A stretch of DNA of 64,000 nt from assembly GCA_026770705.1 (NCBI GenBank), contig JANJGN010000008.1, positions 24,242,001-24,306,000 on the forward strand, given 5' to 3'. This stretch comes from Isurus oxyrinchus. Its lineage: Eukaryota. The notes under the pieces were generated by a model. That model ran no database searches. It was not told the DNA's origin and saw nothing but the letters and a program-made list of their open reading frames with translations. Below are positions 13,096 to 26,830 of the stretch, piece after piece (position 1 is the stretch's first letter; each line of letters begins with the position of its first letter). The position numbers were made by a program, and so were the translations under genes.

Positions 13096-13409
13096 TGAAG
13101 GGAAGTTGAAGTAAAAGTTCTTTAACCTGATTGGTTAGGGAGGTTCAACTGCGCATTGGCACAGGTCATAGATCCCCTGTAAAGGGGAACCATGCCAAAA
13201 TGGATATTTAATCACTGCAATCTAGTGCTAAACTCCACAGGAAATCTGTAGGTATGTGTAAGAGTTTTCATCCAGCACTGATTGCAAAATCCAGGCCAAA
13301 GCTTTTGTAAAAGAAAATCAACTTCTGTCCTCCTTCTTAGTAATTGACTAAGCAGGAGATTGGTGGAAATGGATCATAATTCATTGTAGTGGGGCACTAA
13401 CACTATTAT

Positions 13410-13640
13410 AGTAACAACAAATCACATATATGTAACATCTTTAATGTATGAAATGTGCCACGGTGCTTCACTGTTACAATTGAAAAACTGATCGATGTCA
13501 AGAAGGAAATATTAAGAGGAATGGGCAAAAGCTTAATTGAAGGATTTTAATGAGGTATTCAAAAGAGGACAAAATGGAGAAGAGTTTTAGGGGTAGAATT
13601 CCACATGTAAGCCCTTAGGTGATTGAAGGCACAGCTGGCA
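13410..13640 (-). mobile_element. L2-type LINE 3' tail fragment
   Basis: aacaacaa...tgtgccacggtgcttcac...ggaaatattaag motif shared with ~22400-22640(+), 26525-26670(-), 48475-48860(-) and 56880-57235(+). Confidence 0.55.
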
Positions 13641-13851
13641 ACACATGAATACAGAGTTATTTAGCTAAGAAATTAATTATAAAAAGAAAGCTGCAACTTA
13701 GAACAATGAAAACAATGATTTTTCCAAGGAACCAAATGTTTTACCAATACCAGCTTGTAAATGATCTGTAGAAAGAGACAAGGTCAACATATAATTTAAC
13801 TTGAACGGTTGAGAACTTGACATACATTCAAGTGGGTGAGACAAGATAGAC

Positions 13852-14654
13852 CAGTGGTTCCCAAAGGGAATTCTCAGGAAAAATTCTCCAATGGTGTAAG
13901 CAAAAGTGTTTGCACTCCAAAATTCCAAATTAACGGGAAAATGACAATTGGCACTTTTTTCACGAATTGGCGGACACAATTAATTTGACATATGTATAAA
14001 TAAATAAACATAATTACAGAAATGCAAGCCTAATGAAAGCAATGCTGGCATAACTGTGCTACTTAGTTTTTATTTGCATTATTCAGAAACATGTCGGTTT
14101 GGCGCCCATCAAGTGAGCGAAAGCACTCACTAACAGACAACTATCTTGCCGCCTTGAGAGCAAGAACCAAGGTCATTGTAGTCAATGTAGTGGCAGTTCA
14201 GTCACTCTTGATGGTGCTGGTTTGCTCAGGTGAGACATGAGTGAATGTTCTCATTTACTAGTTTGTTAGCGTTCTCAGTGCATTATTTTTTTATTTTAAC
14301 TGATAGTTATTTTAACCATCACACTGAGTAGATTGAAATTTCCAGTTTAACTACAAGTTTAGGCTAAATCAAAGTGATACCAGTTATGAAAGTGAAACCT
14401 TGGAAGAGTGTTGCTGTTTTCACAATGAAATGAAATTAATAATGTAACAATGAATAATAATGTAATAGTAAATGGTGTATAATAAAAGTGTCGTAAGAAA
14501 AACAAATTTTATATTTCCAAGATGTCTACTTTTAGAATTTATATTCAGGTAAGGGAGAAAATCCCTGGAAAATATTTATTTTTAGGAGGGGCTTCGCGAG
14601 ATTTGGCATTTTCATGAAAGGTGTTCGCGGGATGTGAAAGCTTGGGAACCACTG
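13852..14654. mobile_element. hAT (Charlie-like) non-autonomous DNA transposon
   Basis: 13-bp perfect TIRs cagtggttcccaa / ttgggaaccactg; 8-bp flanks agatagac vs agttaccc (5/8 identical, central TA typical of hAT-Charlie targets). Confidence 0.8.
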
Positions 14655-16603
14655 AGTTACCCTGAGACTTTATTTAGAAGCATGTTCTTTTTGCCAATTT
14701 ACTGGGTCAAACAATCTTTCAGTCAGAAATTTACAATTTGATAGCTAAGCACACTGTCCATCTAATCTTTATCTTAAAAGCGAAAGACGACCCTGAGTTT
14801 CGTTGGCATGCTAGTGGAATGTCAATGGTTGGAATGGTTTGTCAGGGCCAGTGTGATGCTTAAAAGCAGCTTATATGCGGGACCTGATTATAAATAGAAA
14901 GTGCTTTTAAACAGATACCAGTAAGCAAGATGCAAACTGAAATCCTTGGTGTGAGGGACCCACTTGGAAATTGGTTTGCAATTCTGAATGGAATGCACTT
15001 AGAAATTGCACCATTTCCACTATGTTACAAATGGAAAAAACAACAAAAATGGAACATTTTTATTCTGGGATCCACTTGTAAACAGAAGCTATAGGCTTGC
15101 ACCTTAAAATAAAGCACTTTAATTTAAACAGAGCCTGCTTCATAGAAGAGACACGTGTAGATGTAATGCGCTGCTTATCACAGAATACAACTGGCAGGAC
15201 ATGATCACAAACTAAATGTGCTTATAAATGAAAGTTACAAATGAATCATACACTCATCGATGAGGCAGGATTATAAGCAGGAGGCAATTATAAATGAGCT
15301 AACGATGAAGTCAGCATGAAAACCTGTGGCGCACAAAGGCTCTTAAACCACTTGCCTCCATCCCATTCAGGATGCCACAGTTAGACTGAACAAGCCTAAT
15401 CCTCTTTTATGTTTCTGTTCTCTCTGAATGCTCTGAGTTCTGATCATCCATTGCAGTTCCTGTTGAGGCTTGAGACAAATGGCACAGGTATAACGTAAAA
15501 AGTAATGCAACCAAATCGGAACTCTCCCGGGATGAATCCCTAGACTTGTGCTGTGCTCTCATTTAGTGTCAACATTTATTAAGAGATTTTGCATTGTGCT
15601 CTGGAGGGTCATATTTGATTTATTAAACCGCAAGCTCATGGTGTTATTTTTATTTTTGCCTTGGGTTATAATTAAACAGTGCATTCTTGTAAGGAGGTTG
15701 AATTAGATACATTATAGGTTTTTTTTTGTTACAGTAATGAGACTAATAACGCATCTGGCAAATGTAACAATCTGAAGTGTCAGTGACATTGAAGCATACT
15801 CCAACCACAATATTAACCAGTAATCTGGCATCAACAGCCAGAAAATATTAGCGTTAACTTCAGGGTTTCAAACCACATCAGAGCTTCTTCGGAGCAGTAC
15901 AATTCCTTAGATACAGCATTCATTAACCCCTTCAGTACTGCTTAGTCTTTCCAATGTCCTTCTAATATAATTTTTAATGGGTGTGCATTATAAAATATGC
16001 CCTTAAGGAATATACTGAATCACTCATTTCATGTATCCCAAATGTTGCTTCCTGATTTGTTTGAATCAATACTGACAGCTTCTACCCATTAATTGTCCAT
16101 TTAAGGGCCTCAATTGGCAGCGAGTTGGGAAGACAGTCCACAGGTCTTCTGTCATAGACTTAATCGGGCTGGAGTCAGCAAAGTGGCAAGGTCTCCATGG
16201 GTTGGGGGTGGGGGAGTTCGTCGGGTTGGGGTGAGCTTGTAGACAGATTGGGGGTAGTCGGGTAGAGTTGATGAGGGTAGTTAAGTGGGGGATTAGTTGA
16301 ATCAGATTGGGGGTTAGTTGGATGGAGGGGTAGTCAGATCAGTAGGGGGGTAGTTGGATGGGTGGGCAGTTGGGCTGGATTAGCGGGGTAGTCGGAACAG
16401 GTTGGGTGGGGGTTATTGGAGGGGAAGGTTCAGTTAAGGTCCTCAGTTCAGTTACACTGGCTAATCTCTGAGTTAGACCAGGTATTAATCAGCGTAACAT
16501 TTCCAGGGTAATTATGCAGGCAAGCCCCACATATTTGGCCCGAGTATCTGACACTGAGCTCAATGTCGAAGGCTTTAGCAGAAGGTCCCAGTGCAAATCT
16601 GTC

Positions 16604-17400
16604 CATTCATTCACGGGATGTGGACTTCACTGGCTGGGCCAGCATTTATTGCCCATCCCTAGTAGCCCTTGAGAAGGTTATGGTGAAGTGCCTTCTTGAA
16701 CCGCTGCAGTCCATGTGGTCTGGGTACACCCACAATGATGTTAGGAAGGAAGTTCCAGGATTTTAACCCAGCGATAATGATGGAATGACGATATATTTCC
16801 AAGTCAGGATGGTGAGTGACTTGGAGGGGAACTTCCAGGTGGTGTTGTTCCCATGTATCTGCTGCCCTTGTCCTTCTAAATGGTAGTGGTCATGGGTTTG
16901 GAAGGTGCTGTGTAAGGAGTCTTGTTGAATTCCTGCAGTGCATCTTGTAGATGGTACACACTGCTGCTACAGTGTGCTGGCGGTAGAGAGAGTGAAAGTT
17001 CGTGGCTGTGGTGCCAATCAAGCCAACTGCTTTGTTCTGGGTGGGACAAGCTTCTTGAGTGCTGTTGGAGCTGCACTCATCCAGGAAAGTGGGGAGTATT
17101 CCATCACATTCCTGACTTATGCCTTGTAGATGGTGGGCAGGCTTTGCGAAGTCAGGAGGTGAGTTACTCATCGCAGGATTCTTAGCCTCTGACCTGCTCT
17201 TGTAGTATTTATATGGCTACTCCAGTTCAGTTTCTGGTCACTGGTAAGCCCCAGGATGTTGATAGTGAGGGAATTCAATGATGGTAATGCCATTGAAAAT
17301 CAAGGGGAGTTAGTTAGACTATCTCATGTTGGAGATGATCATTGCCTGACACTTGTGTGGCACAAATGTTACTTGCCACTTTTCAGCCCAAGCCTGGATA
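16604..17400 (-). mobile_element. CR1-group LINE family B, 3' part
   Basis: Reverse of 21209-22010; AAVCTIYKMHC motif; tail caagggc.actagggatgggcaataaatgctggcccagcc. Confidence 0.9.
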
Positions 17401-18210
17401 TTTGACCATTTCTTATTTAAATATTTGTAGAAACTCTTACTATCTGTGTTTATATATTATTAGCCAGCTTTCTCACATACTCAACTTTCCTCCTTTTTTT
17501 TAGTCATTCTTTGCTGGTTCTTAAAATCTAACCAATCTTCTGACCTACCACTAAACGTCAAAGATTTGTACAGTGTTTCTTTCAATTTGGTACAATTTTT
17601 AATTTCCTTATTCAGTTATGGATGATGCATCCTTCTCAAAAAGCCTTTCTTCCTCACTGAGATAAATCTTTGCTCAGAGTTATTAAATATCTCCTTAAAA
17701 GTCTGTCACTGCACCTCTGCTGTCCTACCTTTTAAACTAGTTTCTCACTTCGCTTTAGCTAGACCCTCTTTCATACCCTTATTTTCAAACCTTTATTCAG
17801 GTTTAAAACACTAGTCTTAAACCCACACTTTTCCCCTTCAAATTGAACATGAAATTCTATCATGTTATTATTGCTGTCACCTAGAGGCTCCTTTACCTCA
17901 AGCTTATTGAATAATCCTGCCTCACTGCTCATTACCAAGTCCAGAATAATTTGCTCCCTGGTTAAGTCTAGAATGTACTGCTCTAGGAAATTGTCCAGAA
18001 TACACTTTATGAGCTCATTTTCCAGGATACCTTTGCCAATCTGATTCACCCATTCTACAGGTAGAGTAATGTCATCCTTGATTATTGTGGTACATTTCTT
18101 ACACACCCAATTTATTTTTTCCTGTATACTCTGTCCTATCATATAACTACCGTTCGGGGGCTTATAAACTACTAGCACAAGTGACCTCCTATTGTTCCTT
18201 TTTCTTATCT
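17400..18210 (-). mobile_element. CR1 LINE ORF2 endonuclease/linker fragment
   Basis: ORF 17771-18265: VVYKPPN...DNFLEQY..TREQIILDLV...EPLGDS.NNMIEF (C-terminal half of the APE domain). Confidence 0.85.
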
Positions 18211-19089
18211 CATTGGGGTTAAACAGAGTAAGAAAGTTCAAATTTGATCTTTGGGGTGGTTGCAATTTTGCTGGGGGACAGTATCAATATTTGGGAGCGA
18301 GGAGAGGGGGGTGGTGGGGGGTAGTTCCTGGATGAGCAGAAAGCTCACATGTCTGAGTTGCCTCAGATCTGGAGAGATTTCTCATAATGTAGATCATATT
18401 CCTTCCCAAACGTGCAGGGAATTCCTGCCTGGCTAAGCAAAGGAGCAGGAATATGGGTAGTAGGGAGCCACAACTAGGATCTTGGCAAACTGTCAGGAAG
18501 ACCGATAGGGATGGTGTTGATCAGCAAGCAATCGTGGCTAGACTGTGGGATGGCAGGGCCAAGGAAAACGGGGGGCACATGGCTGTACGTAGGGCCATAA
18601 GGAGTACTCCTGGTCCCCAAGGAAACTATCAAAAACTTAAACTTACCCAGCCTCTTCTGATCCTCCATCCAGATCCCAGAAGGTTTGGCCTGATGAAAAA
18701 GACGCTACCACCTTCCTGCTCAAACCTCAGATTAATATTGCTGACTGTATATTTGAAAAAGGACCCCACTGGCTTTGGGCAGGAATCCTTGCTGTTTTGT
18801 AATTTAAAATTAATGCAGGGTGGGGCAGGAACACAGTGGGTAAGTCCCCAGTTCCATTTTAACTTCATCCACACCCAGTTTCTGTTGGGTGGCAAGGGTT
18901 AAAATTCTCTTATTGGTCTTTACTTCATGAGCTGATTTTAGTTAAGATGGCTTGTGGTCAGAGGGGAATGTTACAGTTAGGATTAGCCTTACCTGGCTGG
19001 ATTCCCATTAAATTCTGGCTATTTATCCGTATCACAGTGATTGCAATTCAAAAGTAATTAACTGAACATGTTTCAGAACCAAGGAAATG

Positions 19090-20270
19090 GCAGCCAAGGG
19101 CAAAACCCTTCAGTTGTAAAGTTATACCTGGCACACAGGAAGATGGCTGCAGTTGTCAGAGACCATTATTGCAGGAGCTCCTCGGCAGTGTCCTAAGCCT
19201 AATCATCTTTAGCTGGTTTATCAATTACCTTCCCTCTTGTATAAGGTTAGGAGTGGGGCTGTTCACTGATGATTCCACAGTGTTTATCTACATTCACAAC
19301 ACCTCCAATAATGAAGCAGCTTTGCTGGCCTACAATGGCACTTGAATAACATGCATGCAAGCTTGGATTGACATGCTAATATCCACATTATATAATTGAT
19401 GACAAAAGCTAAAATCACCTCATTGTAATTCTGAGACAAAACATACCCACCGTTCACACCCTAAGGATCAATCTGGTCGTCTTATTTAAGAAAAGATGTA
19501 AATGCATTGGGGGCACTTCAAAGGGGGTTTACTAAATTGATACCTGGAATGAGTGGGTTGTCTTATGAGGAAAGGTTGGACAGGCTGGGCTTGTTTCCAC
19601 TGGAGGTTAGAAGAGTGAGGGGTGATTTGATTGAAGTATACAAGATCCTGAATGGCCTTGACAAGGTAGATGTAGAAAGGATGTTTCCTCTTTTGGGTGA
19701 GTCCAGAACTAGTGGGCACTGTTTTAAAATTAGGGCCTCCCTTTTAGGACAGAGATGAGGAAAATTCTTTTTTTTTCTCAGAGGGTTGTGCGACTTTGTC
19801 TGCTTCCGAAGCTGGTGGATGAAGGGTCGTTGAATATTTTTAAGGCAGAGGTAGATAGATTCTTGTTAGGCAAGGGAATCAAAGGTTATCAGGTGATAGA
19901 TAGGAATGCGGAAATCAAAACACAAGGAGATCAGCCATGATCTTATTGAATGGCTGAGCAAGCTCGAGGGGCCAACTGGACTACTCCTGTTCCTATTTCT
20001 TATGTCCTAATATTTACCAGAAGTTAAAACTACACGTGGTTCCAAGATCAGTGCAGAGGCTGGATAATCTGCATGAATGGCTTATCTCCTGACCTTTCAA
20101 AGTGTCTCTACTATCTACCAAACTCAATTTAGGAGTGCATACTTACCACTCACCCCACAGGGACTGCAGTGATTCGAGAAGGCAGTTCACCACCTTCTCA
20201 AGGGAATTGGGGATGGGCAATAAATGCTGGCCCAGCCAGCAAAGCCCACATCCCACAAATGAAATTTTAA
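19090..20270 (+). mobile_element. Decayed family-B LINE with nested CR1 3' fragment (19478-20010)
   Basis: Family-B RT motifs (G.P..SVL.P..F..FIN.LP, FTDD) flank a CR1 piece encoding LQRGFTKLIPGMSGLSYEERLDRLGLF; family-B tail at 20190-20270. Confidence 0.8.
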
Positions 20271-21208
20271 AAACTTGATCAATATCCTTGGCAGATCCAT
20301 CTACTCCAAATGTGGCTGAGGGAGACCAAGAGTGCATTAAACCTAGGACACCATTATTATTGGCCAAGGTTGCAGTCCCAGGAGAATGGCCTTGGGTCAA
20401 TGTAAAAGACACTTGCTGTCCTCTCTCAAGACAAAAGCATGTCTGTGCGCCAACCAACCACTCCACCAGTGCTCTTGCTAATGCTACATACCCAGTTGGG
20501 CCAGACTGCCTTTCTTCCAACTAAGATGTTGCAGTCTGCAGTCTGAACTTCAAGGCCCAGCACTAAAGGTCATCCAGCACAGTCATTTAAATGTCCTCAA
20601 TGGAAACTCAGTAGTCTTCCATTTTCCAAGTTGTAGGCACTTGGCAGGTAGCTCATTGGTGCAATGGGTAAACAGAAACAGAGAAAAAAACTCTAGAGGT
20701 TTGCATAAGAATTTCTTTTAATTATTCCAGTTAACTGCTATTCAAACCTGCAGTGAGTTGTGGAAGAGAAGGTGATTTTCTGATTTTGGCATTTGTAGTG
20801 AAGTGGGTGCAAAACTCATGAGGCTGGTCTAAAGGATGGAATCGAATATTGGTGATAAGGATGATGGTGAGACAGATCGCAGAACTGTTGGTATATTGGG
20901 AATGTGAATAATGTCTTGCTGAAATATTCTTGGATGACTTACTCTCATCTTGGCAACTAGTGTGGCTGGTTGTTGATGCTATTCCTGCCCTTCCTCCTCT
21001 TTCTGCTGCTCTACATCTGCCTCACCTCCCCCTTACCTTATCTTAATGCCCAGGTGATGGTAAGGACTGGTTCCTCATACAGCAAATTTATGTAGCATAT
21101 GACTACAAATTTGGAAACATAGTCAGAGCTCCTCCTGAATGGGTTGGTCAGCAGAAATATTGTTTGAGCTTGCTGGTGATCTTCTCAGTAATATTTCTGG
21201 TGGCACCA

Positions 21209-22010
21209 TGGCCAAATGCAGCAAGACCTGGACAATATCCAGGCTTGGACTGACAAATGCCAAGTAACATTTGCGCCACACAAGTGCCAGATAATGACTA
21301 CCTCCAACAGGAGAGAATCTAACCATCGCTGCGTGATGTTCAATGGCATTACCATCACTATCAACATCCTGGGTGTTACAATTGAGCAGAAACTGAACTG
21401 GACCAGCCATATAAATACTGTGGCTACAAGAGCAGGTCAGAGGCTTGGAATCCTGTGACAAGTAACTCACCGCCTGACTGCCTAAAGCCTGTCCATGATC
21501 TACAAGGCACAAGTCAGGACTGTGATGGCATAGTCCCCATTTGCCTGGATGAGTGCAGCTCCCACAACACTCAAGAAGCTTGACACTATCCAGAACAAAG
21601 TAGTTTGCTTGATTGGCACTACAACCACAGACATTCATTCCCTCCACAGTAGCAGCAGTGTGTACCATCTATAAGATGCACTGCAAGCTTCTAAGACAGC
21701 ACCTTCTAAACCCACAACCACTACCATGTAGAAGGACATGGACAACAGATAAATGGGAACACCACCACCTGGAATTTCCGCTCCAACTCACTCACCATCC
21801 TGACTTGGAAATATATCGCCATTCCTTCACTGTCACTGGGTCAAAATCTTGGAAGTCCCTTCCTGACAGCACTGTGAGTGTACCTACACCACATGGACTG
21901 CAGCGGTTCAAGAAGACAGCTCACTACCGCCTTCTCAAGGGCAACTAGGGATGGGCAATAAATACTGGCCCAGCCAGAAAAGCCCACATCCTGTGAATTA
22001 ATTTTTAAAA
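21209..22010 (+). mobile_element. CR1-group LINE family B, 5'-truncated
   Basis: MQQDLDNIQAWTDKCQVTFAPHKCQ...ILGVTIEQKLNWTSHINTVATRAGQRLGIL; characteristic 3' tail. Confidence 0.9.
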
Positions 22011-23709
22011 ACTATAGCTTTCAATGTTGGAATGATCTGTGTGTGTGCCCAAATTCCTGAGCTGATATCCTTGTTACCAAGTAGTCAGCCGGATGGTCTG
22101 GATGGAATTAAGGCATCACAGAAGACAGATGAATGAATCGTGACTGATGTGCTGAATGGCCTCTTTTTCTATGGCTCTATGGACTGCCACCATGGCATAG
22201 ATGTGCTAACTGTGGGCAAAAAAGGCAAAGATAAAGGCCCAGAAGTTAGCAGGCAGCTCCAGAAGATAAACCAGCAATAACCTATGTCAAGTAGATGAGT
22301 CCTTTAAATAACATCCTTGCCTACAGCTAGCAACATGAGTTGCATTTACACAGCTGTAACTAAAATTTTAAAAATGACATCCAGTGACTTTGGTGCATTA
22401 TTCCTCCTCAACCAGTCTGCACCAACCTCCTTCAAAGCTTTTTCTCCATAATCAAGCTGATTGGGACTGCCTTAACATCTATTCATTTAAGACCCTCCTT
22501 AAACCCTTCTCTACTACTAAATTTTTGATTGTGCCTTCTAATGTTTCCTTTGAATCGCAGTACATTTTTTAATTGAAACTTGGCAAATAGGCTTGGGATG
22601 TTTTTCTGCATTAAATGCACTGTATAAATACAAGTTATAGGAGTATAAATGGCATTCTGTGTATTTATTGAGGAACATGTATTGTACAGCAGTTTAATAG
22701 CTTGTAATTAGATATACATGCACATCAATGCAGCAACCTGCAACATCAATAAATCTGTGCATGTTTTAATGCAACACTCTCCCATAACTCTTGCTACGTG
22801 TATATATAAGCATGCTACTGCAGTGCCCTCTTAGTTTCATCAACAGTGACTGCATGTATATCTTCATGCAGCTTCCTCAGTGTCTTAAATCGTAACTCTG
22901 GCAATAGCATCAGTGCTCAATGATTAAAACAGTCAACAAAATTGGTAGAAAAGGAATGTTAATGACAATCATTAATCTTTGTAATAGTATGATTTCTAAA
23001 AGGTTCTAAGAATTTGTCATTACAAAAGTATTGATGATGGCTCTCATTATTTAAAGACTGCTGACATGGTGGCACTTACAATTCTTAAAGAAACACCAAA
23101 AACAAAACTGAATTTTTAAGGAGATTTGATCTGTAAAGAAGAACAAATGGTTGCTGATAACTTTAATGTTAAAAACATTTTCCTGGGGAATACAAAATGT
23201 TCTGTTCTTATAACTTTTAACCATGGATCTGAACCATGAAAGAATGAAGGCTGGTTTTATGGCCATAGAATGAAATGTTCTTACTGCTCCATGACATGTT
23301 TGGATAACATTTTCTACTTTCTCATGGTAAGGATACAATGACATTTTTTATCATAAAAACAGAAAATGCTGGAAAAATTCATCAGCATCTGTGGAGAGAG
23401 AAACCAGAGTTAACGTTTCAAGTCCGTAGGACTCAGTCATCTTCAGAAATCTTTTGCCTTTTTATGTTATTGACTTGCTAAAGTTTGCTTTAGTCTTGCA
23501 TTTGAGCTTCTCTAATCTTTTGCAAAGATCATCCCTTTTAAATTTGTTACCACCCTTGCTACTTTTCGTGCAATCTCTCCATTATATGTTTATGGTTTTT
23601 TTTTTATTGGCATGAGGACCGTAGTTGAACAACTAGAGTGAACTTTCATTGTATTTGGCTGGTGTTACAGGGGCTGCAACAGGCCCAAAATAAGGTTGGT
23701 AACTTATTT

Positions 23710-25260
23710 TTTTAAAACTCTTCCATGGGATGTAAGCATCGCTGGAAAGAACAGCATTTGTTGCTCATCCCTAATTCACCTTGGGAAGGTGGTAGTGAGC
23801 CGCCGCCTTAAACAGCTGCAATACATCTGGTGTAGGTATACCTACGCTGCTGTTCAGAAAGGTGTTCCAGAATTTTGACCCAGTGACAATCAAGGAACAA
23901 AAATATAGTTCCAAGTGAGGATGTGTGTGTGTGTGGCTTGGAGAGAAGGTGGTGCTATTCCCATGTGTCTGCTGCTCTTGTTGTTCTGGATGGTAGAGGT
24001 CATGGGTTTGGAAGTTGTTCTCGATAGATCCTTAGTGAGTTGCTGGATTGCATCTTGTAGATGGTACACCCTGATGGTACACCCTGCTGCCACTGTGCAT
24101 TGATGGTGGAGGGAGTGATGCTTTAGATGGTGGATGGGGTGCCAGTCAAGTGTGTGTTGTCAAGATGCACTCATCCAGGCAATTGGGGAGTACTCCATCA
24201 CACTCATGACTTGCACCTTGTAGATGGTGGACATACTTCGGGGAGACAAGAGCTGAGTTATTCACCACAGTGTTCCTAGCCTCTGACCTGCTCTTGTAGC
24301 CACAGTATTTATATGGCTTGTCCCCTAAATTTCTGGTCAATGGTTGTCCCCAGGATGTTGCTAGTGGTGAATTCAGTGATGGTAATGCCATTGAATGACA
24401 ATGAGAGATGGTTCAATTTTCTCTTGTTGGAGATGATCATTGCCTGACAGTTGAATATCACGAATGTTACTTGCCATTCATCAGTCTAAGCCTGTATGAT
24501 GGCTGGGTCTTGCTGCATATTGATATGGACTCCTTCAATATCTGAGGAGTCATGAATGGTACTGATGCAATTATCAGAGAACATTCCCACTTCTGACCTA
24601 ATGGTGGAGGAAAGGTCATGAATGAAGGATCAAGGTGGTTGAGCCTAGAACACTACCCTGAGGAACTCTTGCCATGAAGGGCTGATCGACCTTCAACAAC
24701 CACAACCATCTTCCAGTGTGGTAGGTAGGGCTCCAAACAGTGAAGAGTTTTCCCCCTGATTCCCACTGACTCCAATTTTGTCAGGACTCCTTGATGCCAC
24801 ACTTGTTCAAATGCTGCCATAATGTCAAGGGCAATCACTCTCACCTCACCTCGGGACTTCAGCTCTTTTGTCCATGTTTAAACCAAGACTAATGAGTTCA
24901 GGAGCAGAGTGGCCCTGACGAACCCAGACTGAGTGTCAGTGAGCAGGTTATTGCTAAGCAAGTGCTCCTTGATAGCATGGTTGATGACCCCTTTCATTAC
25001 TTTACTGATGGTCAAGTGTAGACTGATGGGGTGGTAATTCACTGGATTGGATTTGACCTGCTTGTTGTGGACAGGACATACCTGCGCAATTTTGCACATT
25101 GTGCCAGGTAGATACCAATGCTGTAACTGTACTGGAACAATTTGGCTGGGGGTTGGCTAGTTCTGGAGCGCAAATCTTTACTACCTTTGTCGGGATGTTG
25201 ACAGGTGATGCAAAGGGTTCGATTTTGAAAGGGGCCTCCTGTCAGGTGTTCAATGTGTTT
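23710..25260 (-). mobile_element. CR1-group LINE family B, RT region
   Basis: CKIAQVCPVH..Q.KSNPVNYHPISL, ALDIMAAFEQVWHQG; same 3' tail at 23710-23800. Confidence 0.9.
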
Positions 25261-26830
25261 CAAGCCATAGATTTCTTTAAATATGGATGTCAGGTTTTTA
25301 TGATGTAACAGGGTCTCAAATTGTCGCTTAAGGTTAAAGCCTGTGCTGTTCCCACTCTAGGTACTTCTACGGGCAAGGGGACTGAAAAGGCCTACCAAAG
25401 TTAAGTGTCGAGTTATATATTTGGGCCCCGCGGAAGCAAGATCACACAAAATTCAGCTGGCCTGGTCCACCTTTTAATGTTCATGACTCGCCCCACCACC
25501 ACCACTCCCAGAAACTACCCACAACGCACCTTGCTGTCAGCTGCCCAAGCTTGATCTTGAGGCCTCAATCCTAATTTAAATCTGGCTGAGGTTTCAGATT
25601 TGTGGGGGCTGCTTCACCACCAGGACATGTTGGCCAGTTGGTCACCCAAAAGACAAAATAAAATCCTATATTCCAAATTTGGCCAAAACCTGGCAGGTAC
25701 TGGGCAGTAAGGACAGATATCAGTAGAAACCAAGACCTGGCAAATTAGAGACCCCATTTAAATTTAGCTACACATCCCTTGCTGTATTCTTGAGGTGGGT
25801 GTTGTTTCCAATCATTTTTCCATAGAAGATATTTGGAGAAACAAATTACACTGTAAAGGCTGCATTTTGAAGCAAAATGTATTGGCACAAATTAAAAACG
25901 CAGTAAGATGACATCTAGTCAAAAGGCTAATCAGTTAACTGTTGGAGGCTGTAAATAATAAGCAATTTATTACTCTGTCTTGGCAATCAACAGCACCTCA
26001 TAGCCACTGTGTTGGGAAGGTTCCGATTCCAGGTGCAGCCAGCATCTGTCCTCTCAAGCCTTCCCTCTAAACACTGAGAGATAAAAATAGAGACAGAAAC
26101 AGAGGCAGCCAGTTAGACCCTGCAAAGGCTATCGAGTACGTCACATTCTTAAAACAGAAAAATGTGAAGGCAGGATTTGGTCAGTCTCAGAAAGAGAAAG
26201 CAGGAAGGTAGTTATGTTATTATGACAAGCAAGATGATTCATTGCTGATGTGAGGAAGTGTAATGCGCTCATTATTTCAGAATGATTATCCAAAGACATG
26301 TTATGCTGATTCAATTGAGTGAGTTGCTCTGCATGTTCATTTGCCTTGAAATAAAGCAGATTAATGATTTGTGTCTGATCTGAACAAGTGTTTCCTTGGC
26401 AAAGAGAAGTGCTTTCTTCAAAGAAATTGAAGAATGACATGGAAAAGACACAAACGGCTCTGAAATTCATTGGTGGGGAGTGGGGGGTGACGGTGGCAAT
26501 CCCTCAGCATAACTCTAGTGGAGACAGTAACATTTATAGTGTTTTTTTCACAAAGCAAAATTTTCCAAGGCACTTCGCAGCAACATAATCAGAGCAAAAC
26601 CTGAAACTGAGCCACATAAGGAGATATTGGAATAGTCGACCTAAAGCTTGCTCAGTGAAGTAGGTCCTCAGATGAATTTTACATCATTTTATATTGCATA
26701 GGATATACATCACAGAAACAGACTATTCAGCCCAACCAGTCGATGCTGGCATTTATACTCCACTCGAGCCTCATCCCATCTTTCCGTATCAAACCTATCA
26801 GTATAACCCTCCTTCTCCCTCTCATGCCTA

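Noticed and set aside
16190-16440. G-rich gggtagtt-type repeats, possibly telomeric
   Set aside because: Not TTAGGG arrays; degenerate low-complexity interior of an old repeat (similar tracts at ~35700-35950 and 49230-49340).
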